Under the pieces are notes generated by a model. That model saw nothing but the letters and a program-made list of their open reading frames with translations. It made no database searches and was not told the origin of the DNA. Shown in pieces: positions 12,401-24,600 of a stretch of 64,000 nucleotides of DNA. The DNA is from Cyanophora paradoxa CCMP329 (Eukaryota; Plantae; Glaucophyta): contig QPMI01000459.1 of assembly GCA_004431415.1 (NCBI GenBank), positions 62,001-126,000 of the forward strand. Reading direction: 5' to 3'. The position numbers and the translations under genes are program-made. How positions within the stretch are numbered: the first letter of the stretch is position 1; each line of letters begins with the position of its first letter.

Positions 12401-13943
12401 ATGCCGGCAGTGCTGACGATCGAGGGACCGACCGGGATAGTCAGGCGAGTCGAAGGCGACCCTCGGCGGCACGCCGCTGTGCTTCACGCGCACCACACGC
12501 ACTTCGCGTGGGCGAACCAGCTCAAGGCCGGGGAGTGGCTACGGCTGCCAGTGGATCACGGCGCAGTATACGATCAGATGGCTATGGGGCCCCGCCGAGT
12601 CGGCGTGAGCCGAGAGAGCAACTGCTTCCGGGGTACGCATATGAAACTCGTTTTGGGTACGGTAGCAACGGCCCTCGTCCGCAAGCGAGACGCGCCCGAG
12701 CTCTACAGCGAAGTGAACCCGGCAGGACTCTGTGCGCTCTGCAGCACACGGGAAATCGATGGCGACGGCCGGCCCCAGCTTGTGACTGGGCCCGAGGAGA
12801 CGCTGGAGCACGTCCTCACCTGCCCCAGCACGGTGGCGACGGAGGCGCGCACCGCTGCGGAAGCACGCATCGCAGCGACGATCAGCGAGGCCCTCGAAGG
12901 CGCGCAGAAGCGGTCAGTGCCACACGCGCTCTCCAGCTCCCTGAAGGTCACGAGAGTAAACGACCCGACGCTCACGGCAGCTGAACGGCAGGCGCAGATG
13001 TGCGTGCTACGGGGGCTGCCCCCGGCGGGCCTCACCGATATGATTCGCGAGACCGTCACGGACGCCAAGAAAGCTGCCCAGGTCGTGCGCAAGCTGACGA
13101 CGACCATAGGCGAGCAGGCCCATAAAACGTGGGCCGCCAGATGCCAGGCGTACGCGGAGTGGGAGAAGGCGTGCGGGATCACGAAGGTCATGAAAGAACG
13201 TCGCGCCAAGGCGAAGCGCACTGAGGCGCGCGGGCGCGAGGCCGACGCGCCGCCTGACGATACGGCTGGCAACGCTCACAGGAAGCGCGCGGATCCGGAG
13301 CCCCGGCAGCGGGAACGCTGCAGGGAGTGCGGTGCCCTCGAGTCCCGCCACCAAGGCGGGGAAACCCTAGCCCTCTCACACCTGAGCTGCCCGCCAGACG
13401 ACTACGGCTGGGTCCGGGCTTCAGCGGCCATGCAAGTGTACGACCATACAAACAGGTATGCTTGGGGCGTGGGCACAAAGAGGGCGCGCCCGCGCTAGAG
13501 GGAGACACTGGGGGATTGCGGTCTGGGGGCGGGGCCGGAGGACGCAACACCAACAACTGGAGGCGGCGGAGGCGACGGCAGGAGGCGGCCAGTAGCCCAA
13601 TCTACTGGGGCTGGCGAGGAGCCTGGCACTTGGCGCGGCGAGGCCCTTGGGCAGCGCTGGCGGCGGACATACCATGATTGGGAGTCTTTTGTAGAGATAG
13701 GACCTCGTAGCCGGGAGTTTAGGTTAGTTTAGAAATCGATACAGCTAGCTTCCACATCATTAGTATTAGTTAGAAACCTCCTTAGCTAGATATCTAGACA
13801 CGAAACCTTCAAACCTTTCGTTCATTTTGTACTTTCTAAAGCACAGCATACGACGGTCCTCGATAGTATCTAGTCGGAGAGATTTATTGGGCGATGTGAA
13901 ACTCATTGTAGTTGTGTTGTGTGCTAATGCAAGAGATTGTTTG
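6464..13943 (+). mobile_element. Apparently full-length non-LTR retrotransposon (LINE), 7480 bp
   Basis: 16-bp TSD ATTTAACGACTCGGCA at 6448-6463 and 13944-13959; single copy at the empty site 24091-24106; encodes APE-RT-RNH. Confidence 0.97.
6495..13498 (+). CDS. LINE polyprotein: AP endonuclease + reverse transcriptase + RNase H + Cys/His motifs (~2330 aa; one frameshift near 6897)
   Basis: APE motifs TMTFNTRG, GVQE, LLGDWN, RIDAVL, SDHYP. RT motifs RPITL, QDIRRAYDSV, GLPQGGVESP, YADD (9803-9814), LLGV. RNase H motifs TDGS, NKAEL, TDSQ, KVKAH, NDAAD. C-terminal CALC...EHVLTC. Confidence 0.93.
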
Positions 13944-15019
13944 ATTTAACGACTCGGCAATGCTGCTGGGGGTAGGTATTTTCCTAGCCCGCCATAGAGC
14001 AAAATCTGGATTCGGCAATTTATCGCCACGGCAATTCCGGTTTCGGACGAAATCGGCAATTTTTCGCCTCGGTAATTTTCCGCCTCCTACAGTGTATGTG
14101 TTATTTCCACGCCTCTCATAATGTCTACGTATACGTAGAGGCTGGTAGAGCCCCCGGCCCTCTAACAACATTTAAAGCGGGTCTGGCGGGCGGGAATTTA
14201 TGCCTTTAAATTAACGCGGTGTGATTCCGGCCGTGTGAACCAAATTAACGCGGTGTAACAATTTTGGGCTTTTATGGGGCGGTAATTGTGGCAATGGGGG
14301 GCACTATATACGTATGGACCAACGTAGCTGTAGAGAATTAGCGCGCGCGGCATGCGCACCAAATTGACGCGATGAGTCCAAACTTTGGCGCGTTAATTAT
14401 AATTTGAGACCGACTTAATTAGCTATAGGTGAGCTATGTATATATGTATACCGTAGTACGCCGTGACGCATCGCACGGACTGCGGCGCCGGCACGGCCCG
14501 GCGGTGCGCTGCTGTGCGCATATGCGCATGCCTGATCATGACAATGCGCCTGTAAACGTAATACGTACCAGTATATCTGACATTGCCTGTAAACGTAATA
14601 CGTATATCCGTCCTATATATATAGCTATCTCATGATCAGTCTACTAGGCTAGACTCTGGATATTGCAGCTGCAGCTGCACTGCGGCAGACATTCCAGTCG
14701 CTCTCAACTTGCACGGTTCAGCGTCGCCGTTTCTCGGCGAGCTAGCTATAGCCGATCGCGTGAACGCACATCATGTCCAGCTCAGGCAGTTCTATCGATA
14801 TCCCGGTGTTGCAGGCTTGGGCAAATTTCCTCATAAACAATGCGGTCTCGCTCCCCGAATACCCGAACATCGCAGCGGTTCGTGCCTTGATAGGCCTAGG
14901 CCCGTGCCGTGTAGTGCAAATCTAGATCTAAGATGATATTGCGGCGTACGCGCTAAAACCGTACAGTCCTCAAGGCTTTGCAATGGAATGCCGTGGCTTA
15001 CGGGGGCGCTTTTGGACAG

Positions 15020-16104
15020 TTGGTCAAGCCGCTGGGACTTCCCGACCAGGTCGATGAATCCGCTGTGCGCGACACTCATTCCCGATAAAGCCATGCCGGG
15101 CATGCCGGCCTAAATCACGGCTTGCGATCAGGTAAACGACGTGATGAACAAGGTGAAGGAGGCATTTGACGCACTTCCCGATGACCAGAAATCGCTCGTC
15201 CAGGGCGAGTTTGAGGTGAGTGAACAGCAACCCTCATGCGCGTCAACATACTCGAGCTCGGCCCGAACTGATTGTACGCGTACATCTGCACGTCGGAGCT
15301 CAGGCTGCTCTTGATGCTGTGACCCCTCCGATCGAGACGGGCGTTGAAAACCCGGAGGAGCTCGTCAACGCGGTTGGCTCGTCGGCTCTTCTCGAGGTTG
15401 CAGTCGCGAACTTCATCACAAACCACATAGAAATGCTTGCCGGGCTCCCGAATCTCGCCGCGGTGCGCAGAACGCCTTTCTCATGCTCTGAAGTACTAGT
15501 CTATAACATAATATAATATGTACCTGAATTTAAAAAGCCGCCTTGAATTCAAATTCTCTCTGACTTGCTATGCATATGTATATGGCGGCACGTGCACGCA
15601 TGCGCAGTTGATAAATTCGGTCACGATTCCGGAAGTCATTGACGCGTCCAACGTGAGCCGGCTTACCCGGAGACGGAGCCCTGAAGTTGCCAGCAAGTAC
15701 TCACGATTATCTATGCAGATCGACGAGGTCGTGAAATCTGTCAGCGAGGCTTACCTTTCGCTGTCGGCAGACCAGCAGGCTGAAACGTACAACGAACTGG
15801 TGGTCAGCACGCATATGTTCCCCCCTGCCCCTCCCCTTTCTCCGACGCGTCGCCGACTTAAGCTCACCGCTTTGCAATTGGCCGCGTGCATGTGCAGGCT
15901 GCGCTCGCCGCCGCCGCGCCGGCGATTGAGGAGTCCGTGGAACAGAACTCGGACCCGATCACGAGCGTCGTGGAGGGGGATGCCTCCTACAGCTATGGCT
16001 ATGGCTTCGACGACGACCTCGACTATCTGGAGGCCAGCCTCGCGGCCGAGGCCGACGCCGCGGCCGTCGCCGACGGTGACGCCTTCGATTTCGGCGGCTT
16101 CTGA
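15020..16104 (+). CDS. 3' part of an intron-containing gene for an acidic protein with two internal helical repeats (copy B 25167-26252)
   Basis: Six exons joined by phase-0 GT-AG introns: LVKPLGLPDQVDESA / VNDVMNKVKEAFDALPDDQKSLVQGEFE / AALDAV...LAA / LINSVTIPEVIDASN / IDEVVKSVSEAYLSLSADQQAETYNELV / AALAAA...DFGGF*. No start codon located. Confidence 0.6.
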
Positions 16105-16935
16105 ACATTGAGCGGCGTCCCGCGGTCGCTTCGAATCAGCGCTCTCCAATGATTGTCGCTCCCGGAGAGAGTCCGCCTGTCGATGTCGACGGATCGTCGG
16201 ACTTGTCTTGCAGTACCAGTCTTGCATGACTCGATGATGAAACAATTATGAAAATGCCCATGCTTGAAATTTAAAATGAATCCGACTCCCGGAGTCCACG
16301 GGGCATTTCTTTCCTCCACTCGGCACTCGCTCTCGGAGTCCGGATATCGATCCCCATGCATGCATGTGCATGAACGCTGACCGCTCAATCGCACCATCGT
16401 GGGCGGTTTGTTAATGTTCGTCGGTTCACATAGTCCGATGTCTCTATTTACATGGGGATTCCTGGGCTTAAGCTTCAAACCTAGGAAGGAGAAAGGGAGA
16501 GACGGGTGCAGAGACGAACTATAATCTAATTATAAACCATGGCCAGTTGCAAAACCATGCGCATTATTTATATAGTATGAGCATGCATGTCAAGCTAGCG
16601 CTCCGGATCCCGACTCAGACTTCGGCGACGTCGACTTTATTTTGGACGGTGAACGCCGCGGCGGCGCCCCGCAGCAGCTGCGCAGGGCGTGAGACCGGGC
16701 GGGGGCGGGGGCGGGGGCGGGGTACGGAAAGTGGGCGGTGCGCTCGGCGGGGGCAGCGGGGGCGGAGCGCCTGGGCGGGAGGCCGGCGCGCGTGTACCTG
16801 TGCCTGCCCTCGCCCGTGCTGGGGCCCTTCTTCTACGCCCAGCCCCTCCGGCCCACCCCCCTCGGCCCAATCGAATGTGCAGTGATGGTGTCACGTTAAA
16901 CGTTGTATTGCAAAAATAGCGGCGGCGCCCTGCAT

Positions 16936-18690
16936 CTAGAGCTCGGTATCCCACGGCTCGGCCGCCGCGTCGGCGTCGCCCTCGGCCCACGGGGCGCCGC
17001 CCTCGGCCGCGAACTCGCCCCCGCCCCCGCCGGCCGCCGCCATAGGGGGGTCCACCACCACCGCCTCGTAGAGGTCGTACCCCTCCTCCGACGACTCCGC
17101 CTGCGGCACCTGCCCCGCCCCTTCCCGTCAAGACGAGAGGGGGTACGGGATGAGTGGGGAGGGGTACGGGCCTCGTTGACGGTGCGGGTGCTGCCCGAGG
17201 GGGCCGGCTTCAGCAGGGGAAACATATTGCCCTCCTCGTAGAACGCCTGCATCCGCTCCAGGAACTGCGGGACGGGGGTAGATCAATGGCATGTAAGCGG
17301 TGGGGGGGTACGGGACCGGGGGCGGACCTCGCCCTTGGAGACCCAGCCGTCCTGGCTCGGGTCGAACAGGGGGTAGTATGCGTGCAGCTCCTCGGTCTGG
17401 AGGGGTATGAGATAGGACGCGTGAACGAGGGGGTACGGGAATGGAGAGTGGTACGCACGAACTGGCCCAGGTGCAGCTCGCGCTCGAGAAGCATCGCGAT
17501 CTGTGGGGGTACACGGTTCGCGCAAACGAGCGGCGGGCCGGGGTACGGGCGCGCACCTTGATGAGCTTCATCTGCCCGAGCTTCTCTTTGTCGTAGGCGT
17601 CGTACGCGCCCAGGACCTGAGGCGAAGTTAGAGGAACGGGACACGACGAAGAGGAGGAGGAGCGGGGGCGGGGGCGGGGGGGCGGGGTGGGCCTTGTCCT
17701 GGAAGGCCTTGACGGTGATCTCGTCGCCCTTGCCGTACGCCTCGTTCGGGTCCTCGATCGACGCCCGCATCTCCGCCTGGGGTACGTGTCAACAAGAAGG
17801 CGGGAAGAAGAAGAAGGGGGGCGGACCCAGGGTCGGCGGCGTTCTCCATGACGAGCTTCACGATCTCGGCGTGGATGATGTGGCCGGTGCCGTTGAAGTC
17901 GAGGGCGCGGGCGACCTCCTCGAACTTGAGGTTGCCGTCCCGGTTCGTGTCGATGAGCGCCAGGAACGCCGGCGAGACCTGCGCCAAGAAGAAGCTCAGG
18001 CGGGCACAGATCTATCTATCTATCTCTTGCAGAGACAGACAGGCGGAAAAAGAGCACCTTCTCGAGGACGGGGAATGCGGCCTTCAGCTCGGCCTTGGAC
18101 GCGAATCCGTCCTTCGAGCGGTCGATCACCTCCATCACCTGCGGGGGGCAACAGTCTCAGACGAGGGCGGCGCGGCCAAGGGCGAAGCCTCTAGATCTTT
18201 CCTCTAGATCTTTCCTCGCCGGGCGCGCCCGCCGCGTTTCAACGCCGCCGGGCCGCCTCGAGCTCACCCAACGTCTCAACTCTAGATCTTGCTCGGCCTA
18301 CCGACCTTGTCGCGATCGAGTGCCCCTCCCCCGTCGCAGACTTTGGCTAACGTTCAACGGCCAATTATACACGGATCATGATCATATAACAGATTATATT
18401 ATAACGGAGACTTCGGCGTCGCAGATTATATAACAGAGCTACGTATATATATATACGTATGCAGCAGCTTATAATTAAGAAGTCTCATTACTACAGCTCC
18501 ACGCCCCAAAACGTCTCTCTCTCCGGGCCCAGCTGATCATGAACAAGGCGAGCGGACCTTGCAATTGTCGTCGAGAACCCCGCGGCCGGCCTCGGCATAG
18601 ACGTCGACGTACGCGTTGCCGTCGTTGGGGTCGAGCGCGTCCACGGCGATGATTCTCGATCGCGAATTCGAATTGCACGCCGCAATTGGG
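16936..18690 (-). pseudogene. Chimeric partial EF-hand gene copy (3' exons from the intact gene, 5' part from the decayed copy)
   Basis: 16936-18084 matches 27083-28230; 18085-18690 matches 686-1290. Confidence 0.85.
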
Positions 18691-21600
18691 GGGGGGGGGG
18701 GGGGGGGGGAAGGGGGGGGAGGAGGGGGGGGCGCCGGGGGGAAGGATCAGTGCGGTTCCCGGCCGCGGGCCGGTGCTATATATGCATATATATGTCCTAT
18801 ATATATATCGATATCCGGATCGATATCCAAGCTTCGGATTCTCCGTATCGATATCGCCGCCCCGCCGGCCCAGATCTAGACCGGCAGCTGCAGAACTTGT
18901 GCAATCCAGCTTGAGCTAGCTTGCAATTGCAATTGATCATGCATATGCATCCAATTGCAATTCCGAAGTTCATTGCAATAAAAGAAGAAAACACATTACT
19001 TTTGAAACATACAATGTATATGAAATATTTGGAAACGGGGTAGCTGTAACGTAGGGCCCCCGTTTTCGGTCACTTACAAAATGACGAGTCTGCTCATCTC
19101 CCGATCCAGCTCCGAGCTCTTAACCGAGTGTTAGTGCATGCATGAGAGCCCGGAATTCGTTGTCAGAACTCGGAAAGAGCAGAATGCTGCGCTGAAAAAG
19201 GACCGAACCCTTTTCTCGACTATCCCTTGCAGCGCCTGATCCCGTGATCGTATAGGAGCCGGACCAAGTGCATAAGAAAGCTCTTGCGATGCTCGACAAA
19301 GCTTGTCATACATACCAGTGCTCGGGAAGCAGCGCGTGGCGCGCTAGGCCGCATCAAGTACCTGTTGTACCGAACGCGGAAAAAAAGAGCTCCTGCGAGT
19401 TTCGGCCGATATCGTGTTGCAGTACCCGTGCTTCATGATCAAGTACTAGTCGGCGAGCTAGCCGACAGGCTCGCTAGCTGGCCAGCGTAGCTAGGTGAGC
19501 TCCGGCGCCGGCTAGCGGCTTGCTGGACTTGCGCGCGTGGCGTCGCCAGCGCGCTAGCGCTAGCAGTACTAGTGCAGGCGCCGGCGCCGGCAGTGCGCGC
19601 GGGCGCCGACGCGGCGCCGCGGCAGGCAGTGCAGGCGCGGCGCCTGCAGTGCAGGCGCGGCGCTGCGCCGGCCGGCGGCAGTTGGCACTGCTTGGCAGGC
19701 GCGGCGCCGGCGCCCGGCATCATGTGGCATGCCGCATGCGCAGTGCGCACCCGGCCCGATGGCATGGCGTGGCGCCCGCGGGCCGCGGCCGGCGCGCGCG
19801 CGCGCGAGCGCTACGTGCTCGCGATCGACGTTGACTTCATGTGCGAGGCCATGCGCAGGGACCTAAACCTATAGCTAGCGCTAGCTCGACGTCGACCTAC
19901 CCCGTTTCCAACCGGCGGCCGGCCCAGTCAGAGCCCGATCGCGAGCAGAGGCCGCCGCGTGCTAGTCTATGAGATCTTGCAATTGGTATTACCATCGAGG
20001 CTTGCAATCGCTTCTGCGACTGCCGCTTTCAGGCCTACACGATACTTTTTTTTCACAAAGCCCATATCAAGGGCGGTGGCGAGTGTATTTGTTCAGTGAC
20101 ATCATCGTACGCACTACCGGTTCGGACTGGGCCGAACTCTGGGTCGGAGCATAACCTGAGGCCGGAACACAGGGATAGGCGCTTTGACGCTACGGCTGAG
20201 CGTTTCTCGTGTAGGGGAAGCGTGGTAGGGGGGTTGCTGTCTTGAGTGTAGGTGCGGGGCGCGCGTTGCCGAGGGGGGCCCAATCTTATATATCGGGTAG
20301 CCGGAGCTTTTTAATAGGGGGGGGGGGGGGGGGGGGCGGCGCGGGCTAGGGTAGCGAGCGCGCCCCCGGATTTGTATTGCCTACACGATACTTATACCTT
20401 GCCCCTAGGCCTCCCTCCCCACCGCCCCCCTTTCTCCCTTCATCCCACCCCCGCATTGTATACGTTTCACGATCAGCGCAGACTGTGTGACAAAGAGACG
20501 TAGAAATATTAATATAGCCGCTGCGAAATCAGAGCAGCGCAGCGAAATGGAAGCAGTTATAATTACAATTAGGCGTCCAATGTCGGTTGTTGGTTGTTTG
20601 ATTGCAATCACAAGGCAGAGAATTACAGCAAAGACTGTGCCTATCAAGCCTGCAGATGCCAAACTCAGCGGCTTGCCATGCCTGACAAGTAACGCGACTG
20701 CGCCTGCATGCGCAGCTGGCGCTATAGCTAGGCGGCCACCTCAGCAGAGACGGATGCCTCGGCGACGATGGCTGAATCCGCCTCCGCCTCCTGTACATGT
20801 GCACGAATTCGAAGCAGTTTCAGCGCTCACAATTATAATTAGGGCGCAAATGAAATCGCACATGTACTCACCAAGAGGAGCTCCTCGTCAAACTCGATTT
20901 CAGCCTGGATGTCTGCGGTCTCAAGAAGACCGTCCCCCGCGTCGCCCTCCAATGCAACGGCCTGCGCCGCGGCCCGTGAGAAATTAAAGCGAGGCGCGAT
21001 CGTATATACGAATGTCGAAGGACAAAAGAAGGAAGATGGACGCGCTTGTCCGTCGTTGTCCAACATCATAAGTTGCCCCATTGGAGTTCGCTGGCAGTGT
21101 CCGGAATAGTCGGATTTGAAGGATCCGTTGGCATGACCGCATCTGCGCATCAAAGCGAAAGGGCTCGCGTCAACAAACGTGGCCATGGAACGGAGCTGGC
21201 AGCCGCGAACTCGAATTCGCGCGATCGAAAAACTTGGGCATTAATCAGACACGCACTGCCACCAGTTGTCGACGTGCCACCTGACTTTCCATGTCTGTTG
21301 ATCAGGGGGCACCGCTGTCCGACTCCAGGTTTTTCCGTCCCATGTCGTCTGGTGGGTCGGGCCCTCCCAGCAGCCGAGATTACCGTCCGGATAGCACGTC
21401 CCGCCCATCGGCTGCGGAGGGGGAAACCAGTTGCCCATCTTCGTGCGCGTGTAGGACGCTTTGAGAGCGGGCTTCTGCTGCCGTCGGGAGTCGAGACTTG
21501 CCGGTGGGAGATGCGGCGATCTGAATTCGAAGTTGTGCACCTGGCACCCGGACCGTGACCCGGTGACCTGCTCGATGTCGAGGTCGCCGTTCTCGAGCGC

Positions 21601-24600
21601 TGGGCCGGGCTACCGTAGCACCGTACTAGTAGTCACTTAGTCATGATCAGTCGGGAGTCGGGACTCGGGAGTCGGGACTCGGGAGTCGGGACTCGGGACT
21701 CGGGAGTCGGGACTCGGGAGTCGGGACTCGGGACTCGGGAGTCCGACGGTCGGGAGTCGGGACTCGGGATTAGAGCTGTGCTCGCTGGGGGGGGCCGGGC
21801 CCAGCGGCCGCTGAAGCCCGGCGAGCGGCGCCCGTCGCTGGCCCGTCGCTGAGGTGGGGGTACCGCCAAAACCTGTCGAAAAACTGCTGAAAACCAACCG
21901 AAAACCTATCTGTTCCGTTTAGTTTATTTCGTACAAGCTTTTAAGATGCGCGCGTACGCAAATGCAGATTTAATGCTTAGTTCCGCGAGCCATCTGTCAA
22001 TTTCTGCGAGATAGAGGCCAGCTGCAGGCTGCTTTTGGGCGAAGCGAAGCGCCTGGATGCTCGAAAACAGTCGAAATTTAGCAAGATTAACAACGCCGAC
22101 CTACGTCGACCTTCAGATGAGAAAAAAGCGGGATGGAGCTTTTTTTGGCGCCTGTCAGCCATAAAAAACGCTGAGCGAGGAGGTGTCGCTGGCGGAAAAT
22201 GCCAAGCGTAGCGGCCGCTGGAACCTCGCGAGCGAAGCGACCACCAGCGACCACAGCCCTACTCGGGATCCGGGGACCGGAGTACGTGCCTAAACGTTTT
22301 TTTTGAAAGGGCCGATGGGCCACTGGGCCAGCATAAAACAAATTAAACGAAGTCAGTGGCGACTCGGCGTCGGCGACTCAGTGCAAGTCACCCGTGTACC
22401 GTAGTACTGTACATCATGGCATGTGCATGTGCATTACCCCCAAATTGAAAACCCGCACCATTGGTCCATTAATATTACCCACCCAAAAAACGGTCCATGC
22501 CAGCCTCAAACTTTTTGACCTTAAAACGCTTTAATTAAATTTCAAGAAAATTCAAGTTTGATGGGGGATCCGCGGCCGGAACTTTGACCTTGGCAAGTTA
22601 ATGGCAACTTGCATAAAGTTGCATTGGCAACGTGTTGTTTTTTATCAAGCGCTCACTGAGTCAGCCTATCATAGTATGGCAGTGGCAAATCCACTGGCAA
22701 TTGCAATGGCAGCTCACTGCCGTCAGCGGCGGTCAGCCTACTACTAAGTAGCCTAGTAGGCTAGCTGCCGGCGTGCCGCAGTGCACTCAGTGACTGCGGC
22801 AATGCAGCGGCATCAGGCTCAGCGGCTTCCATGATTAGTTCCATGAACTTCCATCATGTTACCGTTTGAACGAGATTAAAACTTACATGATCGATCATGC
22901 TACTGTAATTCGGGTAATATTTAAGACCCCAAAATAATTAGTAATCCCGGGGTTTGGTCGGTTTAGAAGGCTGAAAATAATTAAGAGTTGGCCGCGCGGA
23001 GCGCTTTAGTAGCGGCCTTTAGAAGGGGGTGGGCGCGGCGCGCGCGCCAGGGGTTTAGATCTGTCGGAGCGTCCGAGAGCCCCCTCACACTATAGCTATA
23101 CAGCTAGCTTCTCCCGCGCTGCAACTATGGCTGCGCTACGTACCCCCAGCACCTCAAGTTTAGTATACGATAAAACTTTAGTAGTCGGGCCTCAAAACTT
23201 TGGTACTATAAAGATCCAGTATACTAAATATTTCCCGACTTACAGTACATCATCAGCCTACATCCGATCATCATGGATTCATGGCTACATGATCAACTTA
23301 TAATTACCGTAAAACACTTGATTAATGCGCCCGATATTAATGCGTTTTTGGATCGACCCGGACTCCTCGTACGGGAAATAATGCGCCCCCAAATTAATGC
23401 GTTTTGGAGATTTCCGCCTGCGTTAGGGGGGTACATACCGCAGTTTTCTTAGCGTTTCGATATTAATGCGCCCCCCAATTAATGCGTTTTGCCAGCAGAA
23501 AACGCATTAATTAGGGGGCGCATTAATTAAGTGTGCGCATTACTTAAATGTTCTACGGTACATGACTCAGTGATGGCAGACATTGGCAGCAGCTGCACAG
23601 CCTGCAGTGGCCCTGCACTGCGGGAGGCTGCAGCTAGTGCTTGCATGGGGCCTTCCTTTGAATCATTTCTAAAACAGGGCCGGGCCCCAGCACAAAAAAA
23701 GTACCCGAAATTCAGACTTTTTCATGGGAATCATGGCCGATGAGGAACCGGCCGGGTTGGAAGCCGGTTAAAAAAACGTTTGAAATGGTTTGGTTGTAAA
23801 AAAACCGTTAACGCGCATGTGCGTCGTGCACATACTGCAGGGTCCGAACCGGTTTCAGGTTCTTCATTCGCTTTGGGTGGAAGCTCTAAGTACTTGAGAG
23901 CCGAACGGCCTCCTATGAGCAGGGCGCCGGCGAGCCCTAGCCTCTAGGGAGGCTGAGGTTGTCCGAGCCGAAGGGCGAGTCTCGAGTCTCGATCGCGAGC
24001 TTCGTTGGAAAAACGCAAAACAACTTGAAAATTGAACTCGGGCCAATCGTGATCGACTTGCCGTGAATTGCCGAGACGCTGAATTCGGCAATTTAACGAC
24101 TCGGCAATGCTGCTGGGGGTAGGTATTTTCCTAGCCCGCCATAGAGCAAAATCTGGATTCGGCAATTTATCGCCACGGCAATTCCGGTTTCGGACGAAAT
24201 CGGCAATTTTTCGCCTCGGTAATTTTCCGCCTCCTACAGTGTATGTGTTATTTCCACGCCTCTCATAATGTATACGTATACGTAGAGGCTGGTAGAGCCC
24301 CCGGCCCTCTAACAACATTTAAAGCGGGTCTGGCGGGCGGGAATTTATGCCTTTAAATTAACGCGGTGTGATTCCGGCCGTGTGAACCAAATTAACGCGG
24401 TGTAACAATTTTGGGCTTTTATGGGGCGGTAATTGTGGCAATGGGGGGCACTATATACGTATGGACCAACGTAGCTGTAGAGAATTAGCGCGCGCGGCAT
24501 GCGCACCAAATTGACGCGATGAGTCCAAACTTTGGCGCGTTAATTATAATTTGAGACCGACTTAATTAGCTATAGGTGAGCTATGTATATATGTATACCG

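Larger units (their letters stand above)
686..18084. repeat. Tandem segmental duplication, copy A (~9.8 kb plus LINE and 83-bp insertions)
   Basis: Near-identical to 18085-28230 apart from insertions and small indels. Confidence 0.95.

Noticed and set aside
12820-13498. Restriction-like endonuclease (Dualen-type dual endonuclease) at the LINE C-terminus
   Set aside because: No RH[DN] or PD..D/E motif after the CCHC knuckle.
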